DNA of 64,000 nucleotides from Pavona decussata (taxonomy: Eukaryota), in contig CDRNST010000274.1 of the NCBI GenBank assembly GCA_977016875.1, forward strand, positions 1,116,001 to 1,180,000. The letters run 5' to 3'. The notes beneath the pieces were generated by a model. The model was given only the letters and a program-made list of their open reading frames with translations, was not told the origin of the DNA and did no database searches. Position 1 is the first letter of the stretch. Every line of letters begins with the position of its first letter. The translations under genes and the position numbers were made by a program. This document shows, piece by piece, positions 1 to 12,760 of the stretch.

Positions 1-275
1 CTCCCCCTCCCCCTCCCCCTCCCCCCGAAAAAAAAGCCGGCAAATGCATTTACTCTTCGACTCGTTGTCCATCCTTCTACCCAAACGATCCCACAATCCC
101 TCACTCGCATCAGTCTCCTCATGATTTCTGGAGTGGAGATAAGATTCTGTAGTTTACAGCGAGAGTTCAACAACGGTAATCTCCGTGCCAGGGTATTATC
201 ATTTGTCGCCATCTTGGATTTCACCGCCGAAAATCCTGGGACGAGGTTGTAATCAATTAACTACAAAGACGTTTG

Positions 276-580
276 TATACATCTGTTTCGACAAAGGTTG
301 TCCATAAAAAGCGTAAAAGCGCACGCGACAATGCCGAAAGTAGTCTAGAAAATACCCAATAAATTTCAATATGCCTCGACCGTACAGCAAAGACTTAAGA
401 TGGCGGGCAATATGGATTCTGAGCTTTTATTGAAATTTATTGGGTATTTTCTAGACTACCTTTCGGCATTGTCGCGTGCGCTTTTACGCTTCTTCTTTTT
501 TGTTTTTTTTTTTTGTTGTTGTTGTTGTTTTTTTTTTTTTGTTTTGTTTTTCGGACAACCTTTGTCGAAACAGCTGTATA
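276..580. mobile_element. Foldback MITE with ~95-bp inverted arms, TA at both ends
   Basis: tataca.ctgtttcgacaaaggttgtcc..agcgtaaaagcgcacgcgacaatgccgaaag.tagtctagaaaatacccaataaatttcaata is mirrored at 428-580, and the right arm is interrupted by a T-rich expansion. Confidence 0.8.
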
Positions 581-1766
581 ATATAAGCTTTTCTTGCACT
601 TAGTGCTTACCAGAAATTTTTTTATTTATTTTTTTTTCACTCGTTAGTCTTTAAGTTGTTTAATACTTGTTGTATAATTTACATATCACTTATTAACATT
701 GTACACTTTTGTAACGAGTCGACAATGTTCATAATGCCACTTGTCTAAATAAAGTTATACTTATATTGTTTTCTCATATAATATATAAGTTTCTTTTGCT
801 TTACAAAATAGTGAAACAAAAAAGGGTTTATGACGCCGCTTTTTCCGTAAAATAATTCCTGAGAGCTCAAATAGAAATCAGTTAAATTTTATCCAATAAT
901 TCCTTGAGTTTGACTTTGTTGTTTCTTCGTGATTAATCAGGGTATTGCAGCAAGTCTTTACTGAGTCGAACAAATCATTCTTTGTCAAAGATTTCTTCTT
1001 AGTAGCAGTCAAAAAGCGAACAACCGACAAAACCCCAACAGCAATGCTTTCCAGGCAAGCGAATCACCTCTTGACAACTTTACGACTTTTACAAACAATT
1101 TGTGAAGAGCTCCAAGAATCGCCGTTAGTAACTTGTTCTCCAGGCATTCACTCCGTAGTTACTGGCGAGTTATTTGCAAGGATAAAATTCACACTATACC
1201 CAAGCAAAGTTTTGCCATTTCAGCTAACAGTCTTCTTAACTGTGCTCAGCTATCAGTTAAAACAATATTATAGTTAAATTCCCGAGGTAAATCATTTGAT
1301 ATCTACCACTTGGTAATAACTTAGAAATTTTCCTGTCCCAATTAGTACAGATCGCGCTGGAAGCATTTGACGCTTAAATAAAGTTTCTTAATAGTTTCTG
1401 GTTACGATTATTACATAGTATGCGTTCGTATACATTATTTTATATCTTACAAACGTGCGGCTGACAAAGCTCCCGAAACATTACTTTCGAACATCTAATT
1501 TTTAACCGTGTCACGAAGCCGTGGAGCCAATCGAAGACTTAAACGTACTTAAAGCGATCGAGAACGTAGAAAATTAAAGTAAATTATAAATGTCAGTTAT
1601 TTTACTTATTTACTTACTTAAAATATGATAATATATTTGTCAATTCCTGCGAGTGCAAGCTTGCCTGGTTGATAATAAAACAGGAGTCCTAGCATAGGTT
1701 TCCGTCCGGCGTTTGGCTGCATCGGTAACTAGCTCTTTAGTGTTGTGGCAGACGCCTTTTGAAACA

Positions 1767-2449
1767 TTAGGAACCTTAAGCAGAGACGACGACGACGCAA
1801 ACGGAAACGGCACTTTAAAAAATTACCTTCGCGTTTTCTGAATAAAGTCGTGATGATTTACACTCTTTTAGTTTGTTTGATGTGGCTGAACTATCCAGGA
1901 GCTAACGTCGTAGGGGCGGCTTTAAAGTTCATAAAGAGAAAGGAAAATTAATCATAATCCGTTTACGTTCTCCATAAAAACTAAAATTTGGTCATTTTTT
2001 TATTTCATTTGTGCTACTTCGTGATTATTTCAACTTGCTCAACTTTTACAAAAATGGTGCACTATCCAGGAACCAAATTGGTAGGAGTGGCGTACAAGTT
2101 AAGAAAGAACGTGGAAAATTCGCCGTCGTGCGTTCATGTTCCCCGAAAAAACCTTAAATGTGATCATTTTACGTTGCAGTTTTGCAGAGGACGGCGAAGA
2201 AATGTACCAAAATGTAAAATGCACGTGCAGATCGATTGTTTTTGGTCATTAAACCTATTGCTTTACGGCGTTGTCGTTGTCGTTGCCGTCGCCATCGTCG
2301 TTGCTTAAGCTTCCTGTTGTGTTACAAAGGACGGCAAAGAAATGTACCAAAGTGTTTAACGCACGTGCAGTGCCAGTGCTTTCCTAGTTAAAACTATTGT
2401 TTTCTGATGTTCTCGTTGACGTCGTCGTCGTCGCTGCTAAGCTCCCTAA
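1767..2449. mobile_element. Nested copies of a non-autonomous TIR repeat with agg(g)a.cttaagca.cgacgac.. termini
   Basis: The left end aggaaccttaagcagagacgacgac pairs with two right ends (gtcgttgcttaagcttcct at ~2297-2315 and gtcgctgctaagctcccta at ~2430-2448). The internal sequence is homologous to the copy at 53862-54218. Confidence 0.7.
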
Positions 2450-2986
2450 CAAAGCTGTTACATACGACTGAGACAGAGATCAGACTTGGTACTGATAAAC
2501 TGTGCCTTGGCACAGTGCCTGGGTGGCACCAATTGCAATGTCCACGTTGATAATTACGCATGTGCACCAGTGCCAAAACCTTGGCACAGTGTTGAGTCAC
2601 GGGACACAAAGTCAAGACTTCATACTGGGGACTTTGAATCAGGTTGCCCGCTTTTGCTTTAGGGTTGTAATTTTACCCAAAGAATTACGCAGCGTTAGGT
2701 TAACGTTTCAAGGGCGACTTGAACTAGCTACTGATGATATTGCAGCGGTTTGGTTATTTTAATTGTTTCAATGAGAGCAAAGAAAAAAACAGATCGCTGC
2801 AAAATCCTCGAAGCTTACACAAGTGATTTGAAATTGAAATTAATTCGGCTCAAACTGTTCGTTACTTACGTGCCGGCATAAAAAATCGCCTTTGTAAAGA
2901 GCCTTGAAAAGAAAACTACTACTGTACCCAATATCAAGTGTGAACGCTGCCTTGAACGCGAGAATCTATGTCACATAATACTTTTC

Positions 2987-3884
2987 TTATTCCGGCTTCT
3001 CTCGGGCGCTCGGAAGTCCTTTGTTTTTTCTACACGTCGTTTCGGAAAACCTTCTCGTACATGTCGCACATTTCACACTACAGCACCAGACAAATTGACA
3101 TCTGCACTTAATTTGCTTGTAATTTTCCACCGTTTGAGGCGTCAGTCTACAAGCCTGACACAGAGATCTGCATTTGTTCGTAGTGACGTCATCACTACTG
3201 CAAGTCCTTCCCAACATTCCTGGCGAGCCTTTCAGGACGTCTCGCTTGCAGTAATCTGGAGAGGGTTCAAGAAACACGAGCTTTTTGTCCATCTTTGTTG
3301 ATGCGAGTTTGTCTTTGATTCGTTCTTGAAGCGCGTTGTCCACGAATACTACTCGCAATGCATTTCGGTATTTGAGCTTCAGCTTTGAACCGATGACGTC
3401 AAGAGGCTGAATCTGCCTCCAACAAGTTTTCAAATTACAACTTCCGGTTATGCCATGACACTTGCATTCTCTCTTTAGACTTAGTCGTACAACCTGTTAG
3501 ACCAGTAAACAAAATGTTGTATAATTATAATTATGTTGCATAATTATAAGCATAATTATTAATTATATATGTATGTTGCATAATTATAACCTGCATGACA
3601 CCCTGCATAATAGGCGTAATTTAGCGAGACGTGAAGCGCGGAGCGCGAGGCGAGAGGGAAACTAATTTTCCTTTCCCCTGCCTCGCACGCTGCGCTCGTG
3701 TCTCGCGCTTTGCGCTCGATGGCTTGCGCTTCGCTAAACAAACGCCTGATATGCAGGTTACCACGATTGAAGAAAGAATAAAAGATTTTACAAACCAAAG
3801 CAAATATCTTAATAAGAAGGCATTAAAAGAGATTATCCCAAGCACTTGAACTTGTATAGACCTTACGCAAAAATGGCTGAAATT

Positions 3885-3935
<51 letters not shown>

Positions 3936-6900
3936 TTTTTTATCTGCATTCAAATTACCCCCACTAGCCTTGTTCAGGGTGAAATATTCTTTTACGTTTT
4001 GAACTCAGGAACGAGGTAAGTAAAGCTAATTTGAAGGCAAACAAATAACTACTAAAACGTCAGCCATTTTTGCGTAGGGTCTTTTGGCTCCCTTTGAAGA
4101 CAGATGGATCCAACATGGCAGGCTTACAAGCTGATAGCGGGCACGGATTTCAACCAGTTATTTCAAAATAATAGATTGTAGACCTAAGGAGTACAAATTA
4201 TCATCTTTTTTAGCAATGAGGGATTAGTTACAAGGGAAAAGATTTTGGCTAATGCTGGGCTAATGCTGGGATAATGGCTCACCCAAAAGTGTCTTCAACA
4301 GCTTCGTGGTATTTAAAGTTAGGTATAAAAACTAGATTGAAATCATTATAGAAAATTCTATAGCTTGAATGTTAAATTCATCGTGTGACGGCCAGTCAAT
4401 GGATCTAGGGGAATTGGGAGGGGCGCATTTGGCCGTAAAATTGGAACCCTAGGGTAAGCGTTTGTACCCAATGCTGGCCCAGGGCGGCAGTAATTCGAAC
4501 AAGCAAGCTAATCTGCAAACACCCTGGTGTGCCTTGAACGCTAAAGTTTCAAATTTATGGACGTATAAACTGGACACTTCTCACGCACTAGTTGAAGGTA
4601 CAAACAGAAAAGCCCGTCAAGTAAGGTAACAAAAGAAAATTATAACCTTTCTTCCTACTTCATTGTTGTGCAAGTTAAAAGCCGTTCTTGCGTCGTTTCC
4701 TTTTTCTAGTTTGTTGATAAAACGTCTCGTCTCCTTCTCACCAAACCTGATGTTATCGCTGCATCCGCCCCACTGCCAGTCACCATTCCCTTCTCGCTGT
4801 TTCGACGTCTCAGCACAACCACATCCGGGAATGTTGTTAAGTCTACACTGGACTAAGATCTCGTGAATGATACCAGCAGTGCTGATTGCGTGGATGAAAG
4901 CTGTCTCGCGCGTGGCTGAAAGAAAATGATCTTGAAGTTATGGTATTATAAAAGTTTGTAGCTAACGTGTTAAGAAAAGTTCTCCATGAAATTTTGGGCT
5001 CAAAATCCAATCTTTAATGCAAATAAAAAAACAAGAACTTCAAAACCCTTGCCAACTAAAAACGTTTTGTACGCGTAAAATGTACGCGCCATTATAATTT
5101 CAAATATCGCGCGTGTCACGTGACTACTCGCGCTACTCCTTTCAATTTTCAGTTAGATGGTTAAGGTATTTCTAACAAAGGTTTAAAGGAAACCTCCACT
5201 GTTGAAATAAATTAACGAAAATACAATCTAATTATAAGTTTTGTTTGAAATCATGGAAATAATATTTCTGTGTCGGACAAAACAAGATTTGATTAGATCA
5301 GTCATTTTCGCTTATAAATTTCCCGGGCGACGCCATGTTGGATTTCAGACGTAACATGGTTGCTCAATTATTTTACACAAAAGAACTTCCGCTCACTGAC
5401 AATAGCGGCAACTGGATGACGTCATAAAATCCAAAATGGCGGCGCGCAGGAAATATAAAAGCGAAAAAATAGACGATTATCATTTCTAAATTTTAACGCA
5501 ATTGAATGTTAATTCTACTTTCCAAACTAAACTTTGGAATTTAGACATTTGCAACCATTTAACGCCAAAGTTTGCTGTCAGAGTGGAGGTTCCATTTATT
5601 GAAACTGATGGTTTTAACATACACCATCACTTTATTCAATGTGGTCATTTGGTTCGTCCTACATGCAATCATTCTTTTTAACAGGGTTACCCTATTGTGG
5701 TGTGTTGATTGAAAGAGTCTCATTGGTGAGTCAAAGAAGTGAATCAAAAATGAGGCGTGTAAGTACAGGATCAGCTTACCATAAGGCAGCGTTGTCTTAA
5801 CAAAGATGGGCAGCTCTTTGTACACATGTTTGTTATCCAGCGTGCAGTTCCAAATCTCGTTCTGAAACTGTTTTTGGCATTCCTGTATGCCACGTTGCGC
5901 ACCTCCTTTCACGATGCTAAATAGCAACGGATAAGCCTAGAAATAAATTAAAAGTATACTTGTGAACGTAATTGCATGTGAGAATGATGTATTATTCAAT
6001 GAATGACACAGGCATACTCGGAAAAAGGAAATCCGAGTACTCCTATCAGGAGTCGAACCTAAGACCTTCCGATTACTAGTTCGGATGCTCTACCACTGAG
6101 CTACAGGAAGACTCGTGGGAGCTAAGGTCATTAAATTAGGTTCATGAGACAAACATCCTGCATACTGCTAGGACTGGAATGTCAAGGTGTTGCATATGCA
6201 CAATGGAAATAATGTGATGGAATAATTATTTTAAGCCTGGTGAATCAATGAGAAGGATGTGTTATTCAGCGGCTCAGGGATGACAGAAATGTTGGTGAAA
6301 AGTAATAGTGTGGGTGATTCAATGAGGAAAATTGAGGAATTTGAATTTTTTTAGTGTTTCTCAAGAAGTTTTGTTTAGGATTGTAGCTCTGTCTTACTGA
6401 TTTCATACTCGTCCAGTGTAAAGTTTTGACATTGTTTTGACATTGACAAACGCCTTTCTCTGATCATATTAGGCAAGGCCTTTTGCTGTTTGGTGCATGC
6501 GGGGATTATCTTTGGTCAACAAGTTCTTCAGGATTAGTTAGCTCGCTTGAATGGTGTACGCTGGAACAGAGACGTGTATAAACATGGCCTTGTTGCTTTT
6601 CAAATTTCATAACAACCTGGTCGGCTCTCAGATTCCACCTAAATTTGTTGCTGGTAAGAGATGTAATCGAAGACATGGGTTAACTTATCCCAAGTTCAAG
6701 CTAATTTATTGTGCTACTCTTTTTAATTTTTCCCAAAAGCAATCAGATTATGGAACAACTTACCGCAAGAAACGGTAAACTACTGACTCTTTCAGAAAAG
6801 GAGCTTAAACGGCGATACCTAGTCTTAAAGTGCTCTGTCACCTAAAGCGATTCTAAGCCTCGAATATTAATTAACATTAACTTTAAATTAATTTTATGGA

Positions 6901-9900
6901 TTCATTGTGAATGTATCTTAAGAACCTCCTGCCTGGGATTAGCGCAAGCTATTATAGGAGTGTAATAATCTAAGTTACTAAGTTATGCAAACTTGCTAAA
7001 CGAAAGAATGTCGGAATTGTTTGTCCCGGTTCGGCATTCTGTGACAAAACCCACTTGGACAATGGCGACATTCCCGTTTGGGATATAGCGGCCCTTTTTC
7101 TTGCCCAACTTTGTTTTCAAAATCCTGTTTCCAAGCGCCAATCTCCCAATTCCTTTTTACAGTTTTTACAATTAACTCTCTGGTTTACTCTCGGCCCAAG
7201 CATCGCAAAAAATATTTTCGGTGTGATAAAAAGGGCGAATTTACAAAGATGCCAAATCCGTTGTTAGAACAGTTACTTTCATTGTCGGATTAACAGATTA
7301 AATAAGATTAAGCTAAACGTAGATTAGCGTCTGCTTTGAGGGATCACTGGCGATTTCCGGATATAAGTTGTACTTAATCCCTGGATAAAAGATGCAATTA
7401 ATTTAACATCGTCTCTTAATTTGACACATTTGCTCAGGATGCCGTCTAAACGGTTAATTAAAAATTTTTCAGGGACGTTTTTGTTGCATAAAACATCTTT
7501 CTGGTTCATGCCTGTTAAGATATTCTTCGTCCTGGAATCTCACAAAATTTTCTTTGCTGTCTCTTCTTCTTCTCTGTAAGCTTTTCTTCACAGGCGTCGA
7601 TCCAATTATTTTACCTCGCCGTTGTACAACGGCGAGATTTCAGTCTCCTTTCTATATAGATATTTAGTCACCTCGCCATTGTGCAACGACGAGGACGTCG
7701 TTCTATAATACTAAAGTTGCTAAATTATACATATTATGAAGTTGGCGAATTTTGACTTGTTTTATGTATTGAGACAATCACAAAATATGTGTTTGTCTGA
7801 TCTCCAATTTGCGTCCGCCCAAACGGGTTTAGCTTGATTGAGAGCTTGTTTGACAGCATAAAAATTAAAGGTTCTTTTCCGACCAATCCCCAACGTTAAA
7901 ATAGTATTAAAATATTACTCAAGCTGCCGTCTGTGCTTGCCTCCTTACAGTCTACACACGCAAGCTTCTTTGGTAGAAATGACATGGTCTGGCTAAGCAC
8001 TGGAAAACTTTTTGGTCAAACAAGATGTTAGATGAAATGTTCTAAATGGCGGCTAGACGTTCAGATATATTTATCAGACGCGATTTTGGATGGAAATTAA
8101 AATGTATCGTTTAGCCGGGAAGTTTCAGAATCCTATAACGATACTGATCCGAATTACTTACCTACGACCTCGCTATTTTTAGGCGTCATTCTGATGCGCA
8201 GAAATAGACAGATGGACATGTATGGCATCTTAAGTACGGAGAGTAGACTCTCTTCAACTTGCCCGAGAGTGAGCAGTATAGCGAAAACATCCGATTTCCC
8301 GACTGATGCCGAACCGATTGTGTCTAAGTGAGCTCCAATTTGTTTTCGCTTCTTTTTTCGGGAGGCTTTCATTCGCTTCTTTCGGCCGCTTGAGAAGGAA
8401 ACGACTTCTACACATGCTGAATAGGTCTTATGTGAAGTCTCTGGATTTGTGTAGAAATTTTGTGATTGACGGTATGAGTCAATGATCGTATTTATATTTA
8501 GAGGACGCACAATAAACCTAAGTGGATGAATAACGGGCCCACTTTGAAGTCTAACCGTATTTAGTCTTGCTCGTTCTTGTATGCTTGTTTGGTTATTATT
8601 CAAAAAGGTCCTGAGCCAAGTGGGGAAGGGCGAGGAGGGGGGAGGACATTGTGAACCTCCCCCCTCCCCCACGTAACTTCAAGACCATTGAAGCTATGAA
8701 AATGAAATTTAGATGACACATAGAATGCCCAAAAAGGTTTCCCGTGATGTTATATTTATTACGTCTGGTTAGTTTCTGGTTCCGCCACTCAGATTTCTCG
8801 ATTTCTGCAAGACCTCCGCAGAAAACCGTACAAATTGGCTCAAAAATAATGAAAATCAATTTACTACCAAAAGGTACAAAAATTCCGAAATTCGAAAAGC
8901 GCAGCTCTCGAAATCATGTTGCCAAGGAGACATCGAATCAAGTGAACAATAGAATTTTAAATCAAATTGTTACAGGAAAAATTTTAAGAAAAGTCGCAGA
9001 GTTTGGTGGTATTTGATTTATTGAGCTACAATGTTATGTTCAAAGCGCGGAGTCCTTTTCTCACACTACCCCTCCCCCCTCCCTTCTCCTCCCCCCTACC
9101 CCTCTCCCGGATGAACGGAAGGCGAAAGGCCTCTTTGCTAGTTTTCGTCCCTTTCCTCAAAACGAGAAAAATTAATATGATCGCGCTATATATCCTCGAC
9201 AACCTAAATGCTTAAAATAGAAACAGGGAGTGAAGCATTATAGAACATGATCAAATTGTCATATGTGATCTGTTAACAGAGAACTGCCTAACTTGGTAAT
9301 TAACCAGTTCTCTTTAATCTCTAAATACACCTTATGCTTATATATAATCTTTCGGTTTACTTTTGGGAAAAGAAATTAATTCACTTTTTTTTTATGAAAA
9401 TCACTATTAGCGGAGAGATCAAATTTGCAATGAGAAGTTACCGACTCGAATTTATCCGATTATTGGAGAATTAAAAGTCAGTATCTGGGCGTGTTTAGAA
9501 CCGCTTAGCATTAAAAGCGAATCGTTAGAGTATAACTAAGATATTTTCTATTATGTTGCATATTTTTATTTTTCTATTTAACAGACAACACAAACCAAAA
9601 AAATCAGGAAATTGGTTCCGACATACCTTTTGCTCAAGAACGTTTCCTAGTTCACTTTTAGATCTATAGACAGAAATATGTAACACAAACTTAATTGAAA
9701 AACAGGCAGGAATACCAGACTACAAGAAACATATGCTAAGGGCGTTTTCCATTTGTCATAACTTCCTGGCCAGGCAAGTCAGTTCGTAAACGGACTGTAT
9801 CAATTTGAAGGATAAGTTTTACCATTTTTCGAAGCATTCATTTTTTGACGCATTAGACTTGCCGACTGACCGCGCTCTGACAAAGGAAGAGCGCCCTAAA

Positions 9901-11163
9901 ACTAGCAAAAATAGCCAAACGAAGGTAACAACGACTGCAGCAACAAAGACAGAGATGATGGCAAGGAAGGACAACGAAAATACAAAACAACAAGGACAAC
10001 AACAACAATAGCAAAGAAACAAAACAAATCAAAACAGAAAACACCAAAACAACGAAACTGAATAGGACTCCTCCCGGGAAATAAGTGACAAATTCATTAT
10101 TTTTAAATCCCTTGATTATCCCCTTTACTTGGTTTTCCCCACTAGTTTTGTAACGGAAATTTAGGATTAAGGTGCCCCAAGGTTTAAAAGGAAAAAAACA
10201 CCTGCTAAATTTTGCATTCCTTTGCTCGTAATCTTGAGGCATTCTCCTGCCACTTGTGCCTCATCTTAACCTCGGCAGACTGTTATTTATCAAAATAATG
10301 AGCTTTCCTTTAGTGTTAGGAAGACTAAATTCATTACAACGAATTCTTTGGGCCAAATTATTTTAAACACGTTGTAAGTGTATCCGGAAAACATTTGTAA
10401 ACGCGTAATGTTACGGTTCATTTTTTTAACGCCACTTGAACTACAGGGCAAAAAAGTTTTATTCCCTCAAAGATTAAAGTTCAGAAGTGTGTTATTGATA
10501 CCTTTATCTCTATATGTTAAGAGTACAAAAATTTTACCATAAGGACAAACATCTTTAACATGAAACGAAATACAATTTTACTGCACCGGAGAAAATTAAA
10601 TTACATGAAATGATACATGATATCTATCTTGGCTAATATGTGAATTGCAAAATCCAACAAAAGATTTAATTGAATATCTGAGGGATTTACAGCAAAATCC
10701 TGCCATGCGATAGCAGAGTTTTGCAAGCTAGTGGAAAATTTCCTTTCAAGTGAAGACCCAGTGATGCGAGAATGGTTGATATAAATGCATATATAAATAA
10801 ATAAATTCTTGGTGTAGGAACGGGAAATATGTCACCTTCAGATAGTCCTGTTTTTAAAAACAACTTTAAAAACTAATTGGGTTTTGTTTTTGCTGTTGCT
10901 GTGTTTTGGAGAGAGATGTGTAAGAGCAAGATCAACTTTTATATGACCCGGCGGAGTGACGGATTTCAACTCATGCAGAGACTCTAGGAGTTATAGTCAC
11001 GACACATGACAATAAGGAGGTTTGGGGCGTTCAGTTTAAAAATGGGGAAAACTGATAAACTAAAAGCTACAAAAAACTGAACTACTTACTCCGTGACGCT
11101 GTATCCCAACTGCTCTGACAAAAATCCCACAAAAAACATCATGGAAAGTGAACGTAGCTTCAT
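2987..11163 (-). CDS. wnt8: Wnt8-family ligand (paralog A), 5 coding exons: 11090-11163, 9627-9663, 5780-5936, 4647-4915, 2987-3493; ~347 aa
   Basis: All introns are GT-AG and the phases are compatible (2,0,1,0). The spliced ORF is 1044 nt: signal peptide MKLRSLSMMFFVGFLSEQLGYSVT, then ESKSELGNVLEQK|AYPLLFSIVKGGAQRGIQECQKQFQNEIWNC...ATRETAFIHAISTAG...WQWGGCSDN...NLHNNEVGRK|VVRLSLKRECKCHGITGSCNLKTCW...CRCQFVWCCSVKC. The short N-terminus lacking the extra N-terminal cysteines, the micro-exon ending in K before AY, and LC.xC.L in the C-terminal domain are Wnt8-subfamily traits. Confidence 0.9.
3886..3938. repeat. (TTTA)n microsatellite
   Basis: Directly visible. Confidence 0.95.
6000..6270 (-). 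mobile_element. tRNA-related SINE-like repeat in intron 2 of Wnt8 A
   Basis: The minus strand at ~6040-6115 reads tgtagctcagtggtagagcatccgaactagtaatcggaaggtcttaggttcgactcctga (A box, anticodon-like arm, B box), but the acceptor stem is imperfect and it sits in non-tRNA repeat sequence. Confidence 0.65.
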
Positions 11164-12671
11164 GTTGTACTCTAGAAAATTGGAGTTATAAGTCCCTTGA
11201 GTGCTTCAGAATTTCAGTGATCTCCTGGACGATTAAGCGATTCTGTTTTCTGGTTAATGATGTTTCAAATGCTGTGCTGGAATAAAATGTACAGTCACGT
11301 TAGATGATGTATGAGTTTCTTGGCCGGCAAAGCGCGGTGCAGAAAATTCTCGTGTGAGCAAGTTTTGCTGCAGGTTTAAACGTGGATCCTTAGAATGCGA
11401 GAATGACAAGTTGGCAGCGAGATTATTAAAAGCAAATTAGAGAACGAAAACACGCATGTCGAGAGGGTCTTTAACATTCCAAGTGGCTTAAACCCTACAA
11501 ATATGTGAAATATTGTTATTCACAAGAGCCTATAACCATGTCAATGCCAATAAGACGAAGTATGATTTAAGCTCTCTATAAACTTGGCTTCATGTCAGAT
11601 GTTTTTGTACCTCTACGTTTAAGATACGCCACAGGATTTGAATCAGTATTGTATCATGCATTCAAATGTATTTGATTTGAAAGATTTAATAATCTCTTAT
11701 GACGTCAAATCACGTGGCAACCTGACGTTATGAATTACCAAATCTTGGCAATTCATGACGCCTGGAAATTATCAGCAGCACATTACATCGTTTGCTGTTG
11801 GTCGTTTTTCAAGATGAAATCAGCTGCAACTAGCAACATTTCTTGGCAGATTTTAATAAAACTAATTTATACCACTCGCCCCTTTTAGATATGAGATGAT
11901 TAAGCCAACTCTGCGCTACGCGCCTCATTGGCTATCTACCATCTCGTATCCAACCCTTGCCCGGGAATATATTCCAAAGCGTAAAGGTTTACATTCACCT
12001 CCACACGCCCCCCTCTTAATCACTCGATCATAACTTTACAACTTTGCATAATGTTGTACGATCTGAGGTATGACTAAGCCTGATATTCTGAGTAGCGTAG
12101 CGATCAGGCCTCGGTTTCTAGAAAGCAGATTGGCGTTAAGCCTCAATTAAGTACCGCTAATGGGGGATGAAACTTTATCCGAGTTAGATTCTCTTCTTGA
12201 AATCTCGGCTAGCACTAACCTACGGACTAACTAAAGGTTAAATTTAATCCACCTAGCAAGAACGATGAACTGACTAATCAGGGCAAATGTCTTTGGGTCC
12301 TCGCTAAGTATAAGTACCCACCACAGTGTAAACGTTCGATTGCCGAGCGCAGTGTAAATGAGAATTGTGTTTGTTTTCTATCAGTACCAGTCTCGTCTTT
12401 GTTCCGAGGGTTTCCGCTGAGCTCCACACACGGCACTTTTTTTACGCTCTCTTCAAGATAGCAGATACTGACCGTGAAAGACTGGTAACTAACAAAATAA
12501 CACTCCCGTTAGCCCACATAGCACTCCATTAAGCCCTCCGGTTAACGTAAATAGAACTCCGGTTAGCCAAAATAGTCTTCCGGTAAGCCTAATTTAGCCT
12601 AGGTAGCTTGCGGTTAGCCTTTATATTTAGGGTTAGGATACCTTCCAAAAAAATTGCAAAACTTGGTAGCT

Positions 12672-12760
12672 GGCAGTCGTCTGTAGTCTAGTGGTCAGGT
12701 TCCCGCTCGGGAATGCAACGACCCGAATTCGACTCTTCTTGGGATCATCTCCTTTTCTAA
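12672..12760 (+). mobile_element. Degenerate tRNA-derived SINE head
   Basis: tgtagtctagtggtcagg (A-box-like) ... gaattcgactc (B-box-like); no complete cloverleaf. Confidence 0.4.

Noticed and set aside
945-1277. 110-aa ORF
   Set aside because: Non-ATG start, no motif, and no convincing splice context.
6040-6115. tRNA gene (Thr-like anticodon arm)
   Set aside because: Imperfect acceptor stem and irregular anticodon loop, embedded in repeat-like sequence; better explained as a SINE-related repeat.
6930-7500. Possible L1/Tx1-like LINE remnant (similar weak traces at ~15060-15420 and ~24200-24600)
   Set aside because: Only faint motif resemblance; too decayed to support without a profile search.
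8154-9016. ORFs of 172, 87 and 90 aa
   Set aside because: No recognisable domain; they overlap G/C-run-bounded repeat sequence in Wnt intron 2.
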